DNA from: an uncultured Candidatus Saccharibacteria bacterium
GTDB lineage: Bacteria > Patescibacteriota > WWE3 > UBA101185 > UBA10185
DNA length: 64,000 nucleotides
Direction of reading: 5' to 3'
Assembly: GCA_964490125.1 (NCBI GenBank)
Contig: CAZBAJ010000005.1
Span: 4,631 to 68,630 of the forward strand
This document shows, in pieces, positions 35,087 through 44,957 of this stretch; position 1 is the first letter of the stretch; every line of letters begins with the position of its first letter. Position numbers and translations under genes: made by a program. Under the pieces are notes generated by a model. That model did no database searches and was not told the DNA's origin. It saw only the letters and a list, made by a program, of their open reading frames with translations.

Positions 35087-35926
35087 ATGTTTGAAGAGCA
35101 GTCGCAAAAATTGTATGACGGATTGACTGATAGGATAAATAACCTATTTGCTAAGAAGCCATTTTTTTCTACTTTGTTGTTATGTGTTTTAGTAAGTTTG
35201 GTGGTTTTTGTAGTAAGCATGGACTATAAAAGTGGCGAGGCAAAAGTGGAGGTTACTATTGCAGACAATGGAGTTAAACAGACTTTGAGCGACGCTACAA
35301 AAGAACCTAAGGAATTTAAGGTTGACTTGGCTGGGGCGGTTAAAAAACCCGGAGTCTATGTTTTGCCTTTGGGAAGTAGGTTGAGCGACCTTATTACCTT
35401 GGGTGGCGGTTTTACCAGCGATGTTTCTGCGTTGTGGGTCAGTAAAAATCTTAATTTGTCACAAAATGTCAGTGACGGGGAAAAAGTCTACATTCCTTTT
35501 GAGTGGGATTTGGCGACTTTGGAGGGGAGTGGGGAGGTGCGGGCTTTAAGTTTGGGCGTTATCCCTGGAACAAAACAGTCAAGTTTGGTGGCAACGGAAT
35601 TAAAAAAGATGGAGGTTTCTGCCGGCACAACTACCACTTCCGGTACAGGTCCATCTAATACTTCAACCGGAAGTACCGGTAATCAGGATGTCCCGGAATC
35701 TTCGTCGTCCAGCTCACCCAGTCCCACACCTACCCCCTCAACAAATAATTTAGTAAATGTAAATACCGCTACAAGTATAGAGATAGACGCCCTGCCGGGA
35801 ATTGGACCTGCTTATGCGGGTAGGATTATAGAAAATCGACCTTACGCGTCCATAGAAGAATTTAAGGAAAAAAGCGGACTTTCTGTAAATTTGGCGACGA
35901 GTTTGCAGGACTTAATTAGCTTTTGA
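35087..35926 (+). CDS. comEA: ComEA-like DNA receptor (helix-hairpin-helix)
   Basis: N-terminal TM. SLBB-like region. Ser/Thr/Pro linker. C-terminal tandem HhH (VNVNTATSIEIDALPGIGPAYAGRIIENRPY). Confidence 0.8.
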   Translation: MFEEQSQKLYDGLTDRINNLFAKKPFFSTLLLCVLVSLVVFVVSMDYKSGEAKVEVTIADNGVKQTLSDATKEPKEFKVDLAGAVKKPGVYVLPLGSRLSDLITLGGGFTSDVSALWVSKNLNLSQNVSDGEKVYIPFEWDLATLEGSGEVRALSLGVIPGTKQSSLVATELKKMEVSAGTTTTSGTGPSNTSTGSTGNQDVPESSSSSSPSPTPTPSTNNLVNVNTATSIEIDALPGIGPAYAGRIIENRPYASIEEFKEKSGLSVNLATSLQDLISF

Positions 35927-37152
35927 CACGCATGCGTAGTAGCGGATTAGTTATTTTGATTTTCTTGGCGGTGTGGCGGGTGGGCGGGTATGTTTCTTGG
36001 AAACCGGCGGTTTTTGCGGAAAAGCTAAGTAACGAGAAGAATAAGAGTTATCAGGCGCCGGTTGACGAATGTGCTACGGGTGACGACACATTGAGTATAG
36101 GTTCTGTTAGAGATGTTGGCGGAATTGAACACAAGGTGGAAAACGACATGATTGCGAGGTTGGGCGGGCTGGGCAGGGGAATTTACTGTGGGTTTAAAAA
36201 GTGGTCGATGGAATTTAAGCAACAAGCATCATATAAAATTCAAGAAGTCCTGCCCAGCCCGCACAGTGAGTTGGTTATGGGCATGGTTTTAGGCGAGGAT
36301 CAGTTCAAACTCGTCCCCACATATAACGACATCTTGAAGAAAGTTGGATTGGTGCATGTGGTTGTGGTTTCCGGCTACAATATTAGTCTGGTATTTACTT
36401 TATTAATGCGGATTTTAGGTTCGCAATACAAGGTAAAAAATCTAGTCATTGGTTTATTTATTACGCTAGTTTATGCGGGTATTTCTGGTTTTGGTATTCC
36501 TGCAGTACGCGCTTGGATCATGGGATCTATTGCGGTTATCTTTAAGTTTTATGGTCGACCAGCGGAGGGTATAGAGGTTCTTATATTTTCAGCTATAGTC
36601 ATACTTATATTAGCACCAAGTCAGTTGTTTTCTGTGAGTTTTATGCTAAGTTTTTTGGCTACACTGGGCGTAATGGTTGTCCCGGAGGCATTAAAAGGTT
36701 TTGTAGGTAAGTTGGGGGTAAAGACCGTACCTACTTATTTGGAAGATTTTAATACTAGTTTAAGCGCCCAGTTAATGGTAAATCCCGTTTTGTCGTACTA
36801 TTTTGGCACTATCAGTTTAGTGTCATTAATAGCAAACCCTTTGGTTTTGTGGGTTGTACCCATCTGTACCGTTTTGGGAGGTTTGCTGGTGGCGGTAGCC
36901 TTTATCAGTCCCCTACTTTCTCAAATTTTGGCATTTATGATGTTTCCTTTTTTGGACTTTTTTGTCAGCTTTTCCGAATTTTTTGCTAAATTTGCTACCG
37001 CTTCTGTTAGTTTGCGGTTTAGTGTTTACGCCGTGTTTGTCTATTACCTTGGACTGTTTATTGCTATAAGGCATTTTACTGTTAAAAACGCTAGGACAGT
37101 TAAACCGATTCTGCCGACTACTCGTGTGATTAGTAAAGGTAGTAGGGCATGA
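35923..37152 (+). CDS. comEC: ComEC/Rec2 DNA-uptake channel, membrane (competence) domain
   Basis: DUF4131-like N-terminus and a polytopic Competence domain (VHVVVVSGYNISLVFTLL...). ATGA overlaps at both ends. Confidence 0.8.
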   Translation: MTRMRSSGLVILIFLAVWRVGGYVSWKPAVFAEKLSNEKNKSYQAPVDECATGDDTLSIGSVRDVGGIEHKVENDMIARLGGLGRGIYCGFKKWSMEFKQQASYKIQEVLPSPHSELVMGMVLGEDQFKLVPTYNDILKKVGLVHVVVVSGYNISLVFTLLMRILGSQYKVKNLVIGLFITLVYAGISGFGIPAVRAWIMGSIAVIFKFYGRPAEGIEVLIFSAIVILILAPSQLFSVSFMLSFLATLGVMVVPEALKGFVGKLGVKTVPTYLEDFNTSLSAQLMVNPVLSYYFGTISLVSLIANPLVLWVVPICTVLGGLLVAVAFISPLLSQILAFMMFPFLDFFVSFSEFFAKFATASVSLRFSVYAVFVYYLGLFIAIRHFTVKNARTVKPILPTTRVISKGSRA

Positions 37153-37886
37153 AGATCCTTCCTTACGGTATTTTTATCGTTTTGTATTATATTTTTAGAG
37201 CGGTTTTTATTATCCCTCAAGAAAACAAGTTCTACATTGCTTTTCTTAATGTCGGTCAGGGAGACGCTTTTGTCATAAATATTCCTACTTACGGGAAGGT
37301 TTTATTGGATACCGGGTTTAATTATCAGGCTAATTACCTGTCTGCTAGACACAGTGTTTTCCCTGTTTGTCAACTAAAGTCAGTCTTTATTACGCATTTT
37401 GATTTTGATCATATAGGCGGTTTGGACAGGGTGGCTAGATACTGTAAAAGTATCCACAGATATGACAATTTATCTACGGGAGATGTTCTTACCTTGGGTG
37501 ACGCCAGATTTAGTGTTCTTAGTCCGCCTACTAAAAACACTACCCACGAAGAAAACGATGATTCTATTGTTGTGTTTCTCCAGCATAGGAATTTTAAGGC
37601 GTTGCTTCCCGGTGATGCCGGAATAGATGTTTTAGAAAAGTTACTTTTGTTAAAGTCGGAGGATTTATTGGGGTTGTCGGATCTGGATGTATACAAAGTT
37701 GCGCATCACGGATCTAAATACAACAACAGTTTTTCTTTTGTCGACCAGTTAAAGCCCAAATACTGCGTAATTTCGGTAGGGAAAAATACCTTCGGTCATC
37801 CGGCACAACAGGTTCTTGACGATCTTAACCGCGCAGGTTGCGTGGTTTTAAGAACCGACCAAGTCGGTACAATAATGCTATACTAA
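37149..37886 (+). CDS. comEC: ComEC C-terminal metallo-beta-lactamase-fold domain, encoded as a separate ORF
   Basis: MBL motifs VGQGDAF, HFDFDHIGG, VAHHGS. Normally fused to the ComEC membrane domain. Here it starts 4 nt inside the upstream stop. Confidence 0.8.
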   Translation: MKILPYGIFIVLYYIFRAVFIIPQENKFYIAFLNVGQGDAFVINIPTYGKVLLDTGFNYQANYLSARHSVFPVCQLKSVFITHFDFDHIGGLDRVARYCKSIHRYDNLSTGDVLTLGDARFSVLSPPTKNTTHEENDDSIVVFLQHRNFKALLPGDAGIDVLEKLLLLKSEDLLGLSDLDVYKVAHHGSKYNNSFSFVDQLKPKYCVISVGKNTFGHPAQQVLDDLNRAGCVVLRTDQVGTIMLY

Positions 37887-37890
37887 CTGC

Positions 37891-39807
37891 ATGGATGTTG
37901 CGCTATTAATTAAGGAAAAACTAAAACAAATCGCCCAAAATTTGTATCAGTTGGATATTACCGATGTGGATGTTGAGCATCCGCAGAACCCGTTGTGGGG
38001 GGATTATTCCAGCAATATCGCGTTGATTAACGCTAAGGCCGTAGGTAAACAGCCTGTTGTTATGGCTAAGGAATTGGTGGCGGTTCTTGTTGATGCTTTT
38101 CCCGAGGGTTTTTTTAGTAAAATCTCTGTAGCAGGTCCTGGTTTTATAAATTTTTCCCTTTCACAACAATTTTATCTAAAGAGCATGTTTAAGATTTTAG
38201 CGGAGGCAGAAGACTTTGGGAAAGCTAATGTTGGACAGGGTATACGCGTGGCGCTTGAGCATTCCAATGTCAATCCCAACAAGGCAGCCCATGTAGGTCA
38301 CTTGCGAAACGCGGTGATTGGTCAGTTTATAGAGCGAAGTTATGAGTTTCTTGGTTACGATGTGACGGTTCAGTATTATGCTAACGACCTTGGGGTTCAG
38401 GTTTCTACCTCCCTATTAGGAGTAAAGAAGCTAGGCGACTTGTTTGATGTGACAAAGTATAAAAAGTTTGACCACTACATGTGGGATGTTTACGCTAAGA
38501 TCTCCCAGGCATTGGAAACTGATGAGTCGCTAAAATTAGAACTGGCTAATCTTATGGCTAAGTTAGATGCCAGAGACCCATCTGTAGCTAAAGAACAAGC
38601 AGAGCTGTCCAAGAAAGTGCTAAAAGATAATATGACAACCTTCTCATTGTTGGGGATAGACTACGATTTGGTAGTGTACGAATCAAGCATCAAAGACATG
38701 TTGATGTGGGAAAAAGCATTTGAAAAACTTAAAAACAACAAAAATATATATTTTGCGACGGAGGGTAATTCCAAGGGTTGTTGGCTAGTTAGAATGCCGT
38801 CACAAAATAACAGTGGCGACAAAAAACCTTTAGACATAGAAGAGGACAAGATTATCGTTAGAAGTAACGGTATACCCACCTATACAGGTAAAGACATTGC
38901 TTATCATATGTGGAAGTTTGGGTTACTGGACATGGATTTTAAGTACAATAAAGTATCACAAAACACGCAGAGGAAGTCATTATACGAAACTAGTGATCAA
39001 GGGGATACGCTGAACAAATTTACTAATTGCGACATGGTTATAGATGTTATAGATGTTAGACAAACCTATGCCATTGATGCCGTTAAGAAGTCACTAGCAT
39101 ATCTAGGTTACCAAGAACAATCAGACAAGTTAAAGCACATCAATTACGGACATGTATATCTTTCCGTCAAGACGGCTATTTCTTTAGGTTATGACATACC
39201 CAAGGAATCCGATCAAATAGCTATGAGTGGCAGGAAAGGCGTAGGAATAAAAATTGATGACTTTATTGACATGGTTGATGCTTCTCTAAAAGAAACTCAT
39301 GGGGATTTTCCTAACGCAAAAGATGTCAGAAACTCGGCTATTAAGTTTGACATTTTACGCTACGACACTTTTCAGGATGTTGTTTTTGACATAGAGTCCG
39401 CTTTAAATTTTAAAGGTTTTACCGGTCCTTATATTCAATATACCCACGCCAGAGCAAACTCGTTGTTAGAAAAAGCAGGCTACACAATAAATTCTAGCGA
39501 CTTTGACTATCTACAAAAAAAGCTGGCAGACTTGGCGCTAGGAAACTCTGCTCTTACCGTACTCCAATCTCTGTATAGATTCCCGGAAGTAATTATAGAG
39601 TCAGCTAATAACTACGCGCCAAACGCCCTGTGTCAGTATTTGTACGACTTATGTCAGAAATTTAATTCCTTTTATAACGATTCCCCTATCATCAATGCGG
39701 AAACCCCAGAGTTAAAGGAATTTAGGTTGCTCCTTACCGCGTCAACCAGGCAGATTATAAAAACCGGCTTGTATTTACTTGGGATAACCGCTGTTGATAG
39801 AATGTAG
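37891..39807 (+). CDS. argS: arginyl-tRNA synthetase
   Basis: N-terminal Arg add-on domain. HVGH motif (PNKAAHVGHLRNAVIG). Class I core. C-terminal DALR anticodon-binding domain. Confidence 0.9.
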   Translation: MDVALLIKEKLKQIAQNLYQLDITDVDVEHPQNPLWGDYSSNIALINAKAVGKQPVVMAKELVAVLVDAFPEGFFSKISVAGPGFINFSLSQQFYLKSMFKILAEAEDFGKANVGQGIRVALEHSNVNPNKAAHVGHLRNAVIGQFIERSYEFLGYDVTVQYYANDLGVQVSTSLLGVKKLGDLFDVTKYKKFDHYMWDVYAKISQALETDESLKLELANLMAKLDARDPSVAKEQAELSKKVLKDNMTTFSLLGIDYDLVVYESSIKDMLMWEKAFEKLKNNKNIYFATEGNSKGCWLVRMPSQNNSGDKKPLDIEEDKIIVRSNGIPTYTGKDIAYHMWKFGLLDMDFKYNKVSQNTQRKSLYETSDQGDTLNKFTNCDMVIDVIDVRQTYAIDAVKKSLAYLGYQEQSDKLKHINYGHVYLSVKTAISLGYDIPKESDQIAMSGRKGVGIKIDDFIDMVDASLKETHGDFPNAKDVRNSAIKFDILRYDTFQDVVFDIESALNFKGFTGPYIQYTHARANSLLEKAGYTINSSDFDYLQKKLADLALGNSALTVLQSLYRFPEVIIESANNYAPNALCQYLYDLCQKFNSFYNDSPIINAETPELKEFRLLLTASTRQIIKTGLYLLGITAVDRM

Positions 39808-39813
39808 GAAAGC

Positions 39814-40878
39814 ATGGGTTTATTTAGAGTTACCAGATCAAAAAAAAGCTTTAGTTTAATTAGGGTGATTTCTGCCGTTTTGGTATTAGGACTTTTGGTT
39901 GTAGCGGTAGCTGAATCGGCAAAGTACCTTTATGTTGCGCGCCTTCCCAAAAGCGTTAGCACAAAAATAGAGCCTTCTGTTAACAAACTTGCTGCGGTTT
40001 TGGGTGTGGCAAAAACTTCTTTAGCGTCGTTGGACAAGTTAGGGAGCGTTCTGGTTGACGATGAGGAGAGAAGCACGGCGACCAGCATTAAGTCCAGCGA
40101 TTCAACTCGTGATCAAGGTGAAAATAGAGATCAACCTGCCCAAAAAGACCAGCCGATTCAAAAAGCCCAAATTGTGGTTAAATTAGCGCTACTTTCCGAC
40201 TCCCATAATGATTTGGAGTATTTGGAGAAGGCCTTAGTTAAGGCAAAGGATTACGGTGTCAATGAGGTAATTTTTTTGGGCGACTACACGGACTGGGGCG
40301 AGCTTGCCAACTTGCAAAAGTCTAAAGAGGTTATGGATACCTCGCAACTTCCTTATGTTTCTTTACCGGGCGACCATGATTTAGGTGAGACGAGAGATGA
40401 GTCCAATTTTGTTAAAGTTTTTGGTGATACTTACGGTACTTTGAAGTTTGACAATATAAAACTCGAGTATTTTGACAATAGTAAAAACTTTACTAGTATC
40501 AGCGATCCCGCTATCGCATGGTTTGCCAAAGAGATAAAAGACGCTAATTTTCTATTTCTTTCACAACCTTTAGCGACAGCAAGTATGTCCAGAGTTATGG
40601 GGATTGTGGACGGCGTTAGAGACGAGGAGGTTTTTGCCCAGAACAAAGAGCTTTTATCAGAGGTTCGCAACAGCAATGTTAGAGTGATAGTTTCGGGGGA
40701 TTTACATCAATTTTCACAATATAAGGACCCCGTAAAGGATGGTTTGTGGCATTATTCTGTGGGTGCGGTGTTAAAGTCACAAAGTTTAGAAAAACTTAAC
40801 CTCCAGTCGCCCCGCTTTGCCGTTTTGACAATAAGAAAAGATTTATCGTACGAAATTGTAGATGTTCCTATTGATTAG
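39814..40878 (+). CDS. membrane-anchored calcineurin-like metallophosphoesterase
   Basis: N-terminal TM. Phosphoesterase motifs (LSDSHND, GDYTDWGE, LPGDHDL, SGDLH). Confidence 0.7.
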   Translation: MGLFRVTRSKKSFSLIRVISAVLVLGLLVVAVAESAKYLYVARLPKSVSTKIEPSVNKLAAVLGVAKTSLASLDKLGSVLVDDEERSTATSIKSSDSTRDQGENRDQPAQKDQPIQKAQIVVKLALLSDSHNDLEYLEKALVKAKDYGVNEVIFLGDYTDWGELANLQKSKEVMDTSQLPYVSLPGDHDLGETRDESNFVKVFGDTYGTLKFDNIKLEYFDNSKNFTSISDPAIAWFAKEIKDANFLFLSQPLATASMSRVMGIVDGVRDEEVFAQNKELLSEVRNSNVRVIVSGDLHQFSQYKDPVKDGLWHYSVGAVLKSQSLEKLNLQSPRFAVLTIRKDLSYEIVDVPID

Positions 40879-41995
40879 TTGTGGATGGAGTGTTAACATT
40901 TCACACATGGATTTTCCACTTTTTAATTCAAAAGCTTTAGGTAATGGCAAATCCTACGATTTAAATGACCCGGTCGGTCGCAGAGAGTATTTTGAAGACA
41001 AGCTAGGCAAAAAACTAGAAGATATTAAGGAGTTTTTAGACAATAATACCTTTGTGGGTTTTATGCTGGCAAAAAAGAGTGCGGGTAAAGGTACTTACTC
41101 AAAGATGTTTGCAGAGATAGTCGGAGAAAGTAGAGTTGCGCACATCTCGGTGGGGGATATTGTGCGACAAGTTCATAAGACTGTCGAATCTGATCCAGTT
41201 GAAAAAGACAAGCTTATTCAATATTTGACATCTAATTACAGAGGTTTTATTACAGTAGAAGATTGCGTAGATGCTTTGGTCGGTAGATCTCAAGAAAAAC
41301 TTATACCGACAGAATTTATCCTTGCCTTAGTTAAAAGAGAGATTGAAAAAGTAGGAAGAAAAGCGATATTTATTGACGGTTTTCCTAGAACACTCGACCA
41401 AATCTCTTACTCCCTGTATTTTAGGTCTTTAATTAATTTACGGGACGATCCTGATTTTTTTGTTATGATCGACATTCCGGAAACAATTATCGACGAGCGA
41501 ATGAAGTACAGAGTAGTTTGTCCTCTTTGCAACACATCCAGAAACCTTAAATTATTGCCTACAAAATTCGTCGAATACGATAAGGATCAAAATAAATTTC
41601 ACTTACTTTGCGATAATAAAATTTGCCAGGGTTATTCCAGAACAAGACTTGTAGCAAAAGAAGGTGATGATAAAGGTATAGAGCCGATAAGAGATAGGCT
41701 GGCGTTGGATGGAAAACTTATGGAGATGGCTATGACTTTGCAGGGAATTCCAAGAATTATGGTGAGGAATGCTGTTCCGGTTGACAAGGTCAGCCAATAC
41801 ACAGAACCTTATGAAATTACCCCAGCTTTTAACTATGAGTACGATGAGGCGAAAGGGGAAGTGCTTACAAAACAGGAACCGTGGGTTGTAAAGGACGACG
41901 CTGGAAACGATTGCAACAGCTTACTGGCCCCCCCAGCACTGCTTTCTATGATGTCGCAATTACACGATGTTTTAATCGGTGATTCAAAGAATTAA
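40862..41995 (+). CDS. adenylate-kinase-like nucleoside monophosphate kinase family protein (start uncertain)
   Basis: P-loop-like LAKKSAGKGTYSKMFAEI and a Cys-containing LID-like segment (VCPLCNTSRN...LLCDNKICQG). Longer than canonical Adk, so the true start may be the ATG at 40907. Confidence 0.4.
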   Translation: MFLLISCGWSVNISHMDFPLFNSKALGNGKSYDLNDPVGRREYFEDKLGKKLEDIKEFLDNNTFVGFMLAKKSAGKGTYSKMFAEIVGESRVAHISVGDIVRQVHKTVESDPVEKDKLIQYLTSNYRGFITVEDCVDALVGRSQEKLIPTEFILALVKREIEKVGRKAIFIDGFPRTLDQISYSLYFRSLINLRDDPDFFVMIDIPETIIDERMKYRVVCPLCNTSRNLKLLPTKFVEYDKDQNKFHLLCDNKICQGYSRTRLVAKEGDDKGIEPIRDRLALDGKLMEMAMTLQGIPRIMVRNAVPVDKVSQYTEPYEITPAFNYEYDEAKGEVLTKQEPWVVKDDAGNDCNSLLAPPALLSMMSQLHDVLIGDSKN

Positions 41996-42056
41996 CAAGT
42001 CAAATTGAGCAAAAGTCCTCTTGCAATCTGTACATGTTTATGCTAATTTTATGTAC

Positions 42057-42431
42057 ATGAAATCCGTCAGGGAACATAAAAGAAACACGGTGGAAGTACT
42101 GACAGAGATGGATCAAGGGCAGGTATTAAACATCAGTCAAGCCCGTCCTATGTTGAGTTCTATTATTTCCAATGTTTCCAATCGGGCGTACCTTGTGGGC
42201 AAAAGGGGAGTACCGAGCATAATTATTATGGACTACTCCCTTGCTAAAAGGTTTGTGCCGGAAAGTTTTATCCAACAGGGCTTTTCCCTTAAACCCGCTG
42301 TAAAAGCTGGCAAAAGATTCGTCAACTTTGTTGAAGATCTACATACTAGGGGAGTTTTAACTACGGGCAAGCATTTAAGAAAAAACATCAGTTTAGCCCA
42401 AAATGTCGACAGGATTGTATATGGCATCTAG
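42057..42431 (+). CDS. Phd/YefM-family antitoxin
   Basis: LNISQARPMLSSIISNVSNRAYLVGKRGVPSIIIMDY matches the Phd/YefM fold. Start chosen at an internal ATG. The stop overlaps the downstream vapC start by 11 nt. Confidence 0.55.
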   Translation: MKSVREHKRNTVEVLTEMDQGQVLNISQARPMLSSIISNVSNRAYLVGKRGVPSIIIMDYSLAKRFVPESFIQQGFSLKPAVKAGKRFVNFVEDLHTRGVLTTGKHLRKNISLAQNVDRIVYGI

Positions 42432-42849
42432 CGGTTTGCTCTTAGATTCCAGTTTTCTCGTCGCCCTTTTTAACAAAGAATATTCTTTACACGAGGATGC
42501 TTTGAAGGCAAGTCATAAATTTTTGACAGAGAGTGACAAGTTATTCATCACAAACCTTATTTTTGTCGAATTTGCTACTGTACTTTCGATGCGGTTGGGT
42601 AAGAGTGGCTTAGAGGAGGCTTTGGGTCAGGATCTTTTATTAAAAGGTGGGTTAGTGGAGCTGTTTGTTAATCAGGAGCTTTACGACGAAGTCAAAAAGA
42701 CTTATTTAAAGGATGTTTTGCATAAGGATATAAGTTTTGTCGACTTAAGTACAGCCCTAGTGGCTAAGAAAATGTCGCTAGATGTAGTGTCGTTTGACAA
42801 GCATTTTAAGGCTTTAGGCAAAAGATACGGATTTAAAGTTTTTCCATAA
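42421..42849 (+). CDS. vapC: PIN-domain toxin VapC
   Basis: LLDSSFLVALF N-terminal motif, conserved acidic residues, SFVD. Confidence 0.7.
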   Translation: MASSGLLLDSSFLVALFNKEYSLHEDALKASHKFLTESDKLFITNLIFVEFATVLSMRLGKSGLEEALGQDLLLKGGLVELFVNQELYDEVKKTYLKDVLHKDISFVDLSTALVAKKMSLDVVSFDKHFKALGKRYGFKVFP

Positions 42850-42879
42850 ATAGTGTAGGATACACATATTCGACAAAGT

Positions 42880-42969
42880 GGAGGGGTCGCATAGTGGCCT
42901 AGTGCGATGGTCCTGAACACCATTTCCGTCGCAAGGCGGACGAGGGTTCGAATCCCTCCCCCTCCGCCA
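42880..42969 (+). tRNA. tRNA-Ser (anticodon TGA), type II with long variable arm, CCA encoded
   Basis: Acceptor ggagggg/cccctcc with discriminator G73. 3-bp D stem. Anticodon stem atggt/accat with loop ccTGAac, showing an unusual C33. Long variable arm. T-arm gaggg-ttcgaat-ccctc. Confidence 0.75.
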
Positions 42970-43080
42970 GTGTCAAAACGCTATCAACAATCGTCCAAAT
43001 TTTTAGGTAACGCAATTATTAGACTTTAAAGTCTTACACTTTGCGTTGTAAATTCTTGAAGGTCGTGGTATTATGTCGAT

Positions 43081-44505
43081 ATGAAGAAGTTTTACGACCG
43101 TGAAGAAGAACTTAGGGCTTTAAGCAGTCTAGTCAAGGCCTCCAAAAAGTCAGCCAGATTTACTTATATTATTGGGCAAAGACGCGTAGGTAAAACCTTT
43201 TTAATAAGGCAGGCTTATTTAGAGAATGTGGAAACTGCAAAAAGCACAATCTATTTTTTTGTGGGACGAAAGACGGAGGAAGTCTTAGCAAAGGAATTTT
43301 CCAACATAGTAGCGGGTAAGCTTGGTTACGCCCCAAATTTTACTTCTGTAACAGATCTAATTCTATTTCTATTCGAGTCGTCCAAAAAGCAACCCCTTAC
43401 AGTTGTTTTTGACGAGTTCCAAAATTTTTATTACTCCGCCCCCGAAGTATTCTCCGGCTTACAGAAAATATGGGATGAGAATAAGCATCAAGCCAAAATA
43501 AACCTTATTTGTGTGGGTTCGGTGTACAGTTTTATGGAAAAGATCTTTGCTTCCCGCCATGAGCCACTTTTTGGTCGAGTGACTGGGAAAATAGTACTCA
43601 AACCCTTAAAAATACCTGTAATAAAAACCATGCTTAAAGATAAAAAAGCTTACTCGTTTAATTATTTGTTGGAGTTGTACGCCATGTTTAACGGTGTCGC
43701 AAAATACTACGAATACTTGGAGGAATATAAACTTTTTGGAAAAACTCCCCAAGAAATCTTTGAGCGATTGTTTCTAGAGACCGACGCCCCACTAGCTACT
43801 GAGGGAAAAGATTTGCTTATGGAGGAGTTTGGCGCAGATTATCAGACATTTTTTTCTATTCTTGAGGTTGTCGCCCATGAAAAAAGCATCTCTAACCAGA
43901 AAATCGCTAACGCCGTAGGTTTAAATTTAAACAATGCCAGCACCTATCTTTCTAGGTTGGAGAAGCGCTATAACCTTATTAAACGGGATATTCCGTTGCT
44001 AGTGCCTGCAAGTAGGAAGGGACTTTACAAAATTAAAGACAAATTTTTAAAGCTTTGGTTCACTGTAATTTTTTCTAACCTATCGCTTGTGGAATCGGGT
44101 CAAAAAGAAGCCATGTCAAAAATATTTAAGGATAGATTTCAAAACATTAAGGGTGTGGCGTTTGAGGATTTTGTCGCCGAGCTTTTAGCCTCCAATTACG
44201 AGCAATTTCCATATTCAAAATGGGGGAAGTATTGGGACAAAAATGTGGAGATTGACCTGTTAGGTTTTGCTCCGGAAAAAGATGAGATGCTGTTGTGTGA
44301 GTGTAAGTCAAAATTGTCGGGTGATTATAAGGCTTTAGTGGGGGAGCTGGCAAGAAAAAAAGAAGTTCTCCAAAAAGTATTTGAGGGAAAGAAGGTACTA
44401 CTTGCTTTGTTTGTTGCCGACGATGTTAAAAAATCTGCTTTGGAGTTTTTTGACGCCAATAATGTTACAGTATACGACAGCAGGGCATTAGACAAGATCA
44501 TCTAA
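43081..44505 (+). CDS. ATPase of the archaeal-ATPase/DUF234 family
   Basis: Walker A (IGQRRVGKTFLI), Walker B (VVFDEFQ) and a C-terminal DUF234-like region. Confidence 0.65.
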   Translation: MKKFYDREEELRALSSLVKASKKSARFTYIIGQRRVGKTFLIRQAYLENVETAKSTIYFFVGRKTEEVLAKEFSNIVAGKLGYAPNFTSVTDLILFLFESSKKQPLTVVFDEFQNFYYSAPEVFSGLQKIWDENKHQAKINLICVGSVYSFMEKIFASRHEPLFGRVTGKIVLKPLKIPVIKTMLKDKKAYSFNYLLELYAMFNGVAKYYEYLEEYKLFGKTPQEIFERLFLETDAPLATEGKDLLMEEFGADYQTFFSILEVVAHEKSISNQKIANAVGLNLNNASTYLSRLEKRYNLIKRDIPLLVPASRKGLYKIKDKFLKLWFTVIFSNLSLVESGQKEAMSKIFKDRFQNIKGVAFEDFVAELLASNYEQFPYSKWGKYWDKNVEIDLLGFAPEKDEMLLCECKSKLSGDYKALVGELARKKEVLQKVFEGKKVLLALFVADDVKKSALEFFDANNVTVYDSRALDKII

Positions 44506-44546
44506 CACTAGAATCTGACATTAGAAAGCCTGCAATATGTTAATTA

Positions 44547-44621
44547 TGGTACTCCCGGCGGGAATTGAACCCGCACCTTTGGCTTCGGAAGCCAAAATTC
44601 TATCCGTTGAACTACGGGAGC
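44547..44621 (-). tRNA. tRNA-Arg (anticodon CCG), CCA encoded
   Basis: The minus-strand cloverleaf has acceptor gctcccg/cgggagt with G1:U72. Anticodon loop ttCCGaa. T-arm gcggg-ttcaatt-cccgc. Discriminator A. Confidence 0.8.
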
Positions 44622-44660
44622 TTGCTTCCGCCCATTATACCATCCGCAAAGTATAGCAAT

Positions 44661-44689
44661 TTGACATTTAGTATTACCAAATGTAGTAT
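44661..44689 (+). promoter_or_regulatory. promoter TTGACA-N17-TAGTAT directing a leaderless antitoxin mRNA
   Basis: TTGACA at 44661-44666 and TAGTAT at 44684-44689. The ATG at 44700 lies about 10 nt downstream. The promoter overlaps the tRNA-Arg gene on the opposite strand. Confidence 0.4.
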
Positions 44690-44699
44690 GGTAATACTT

Positions 44700-44957
44700 A
44701 TGGATCAATTACTCTCGACTATAACAGCAAAGGGGCAAATAACCATTCCTAAAATATTTAGGGATTCTCTGGCTCTTTCGGAGTCGGACAAGGTGGTTTT
44801 TACCCAACTTGATGAAAAAACACTGGCGGTTAAATCTGCCAGCAGGGATTTTATGGTTCATAGCGGTTCCGTAAAAGCAAAAAAGCCGTTAGAAAGTTCT
44901 AATAAAGTCCAACAAAAAGTTTATAGAAAAATGGCGCGGGAATGGACTACTTTTTAG
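44700..44957 (+). CDS. AbrB/MazE (SpoVT-AbrB) family antitoxin
   Basis: MDQLLSTITAKGQITIPKIFRDSLALSESDKVVF swapped-hairpin motif. The track ORF N-terminus overlaps the tRNA and is not coding. Confidence 0.6.
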   Translation: MDQLLSTITAKGQITIPKIFRDSLALSESDKVVFTQLDEKTLAVKSASRDFMVHSGSVKAKKPLESSNKVQQKVYRKMAREWTTF

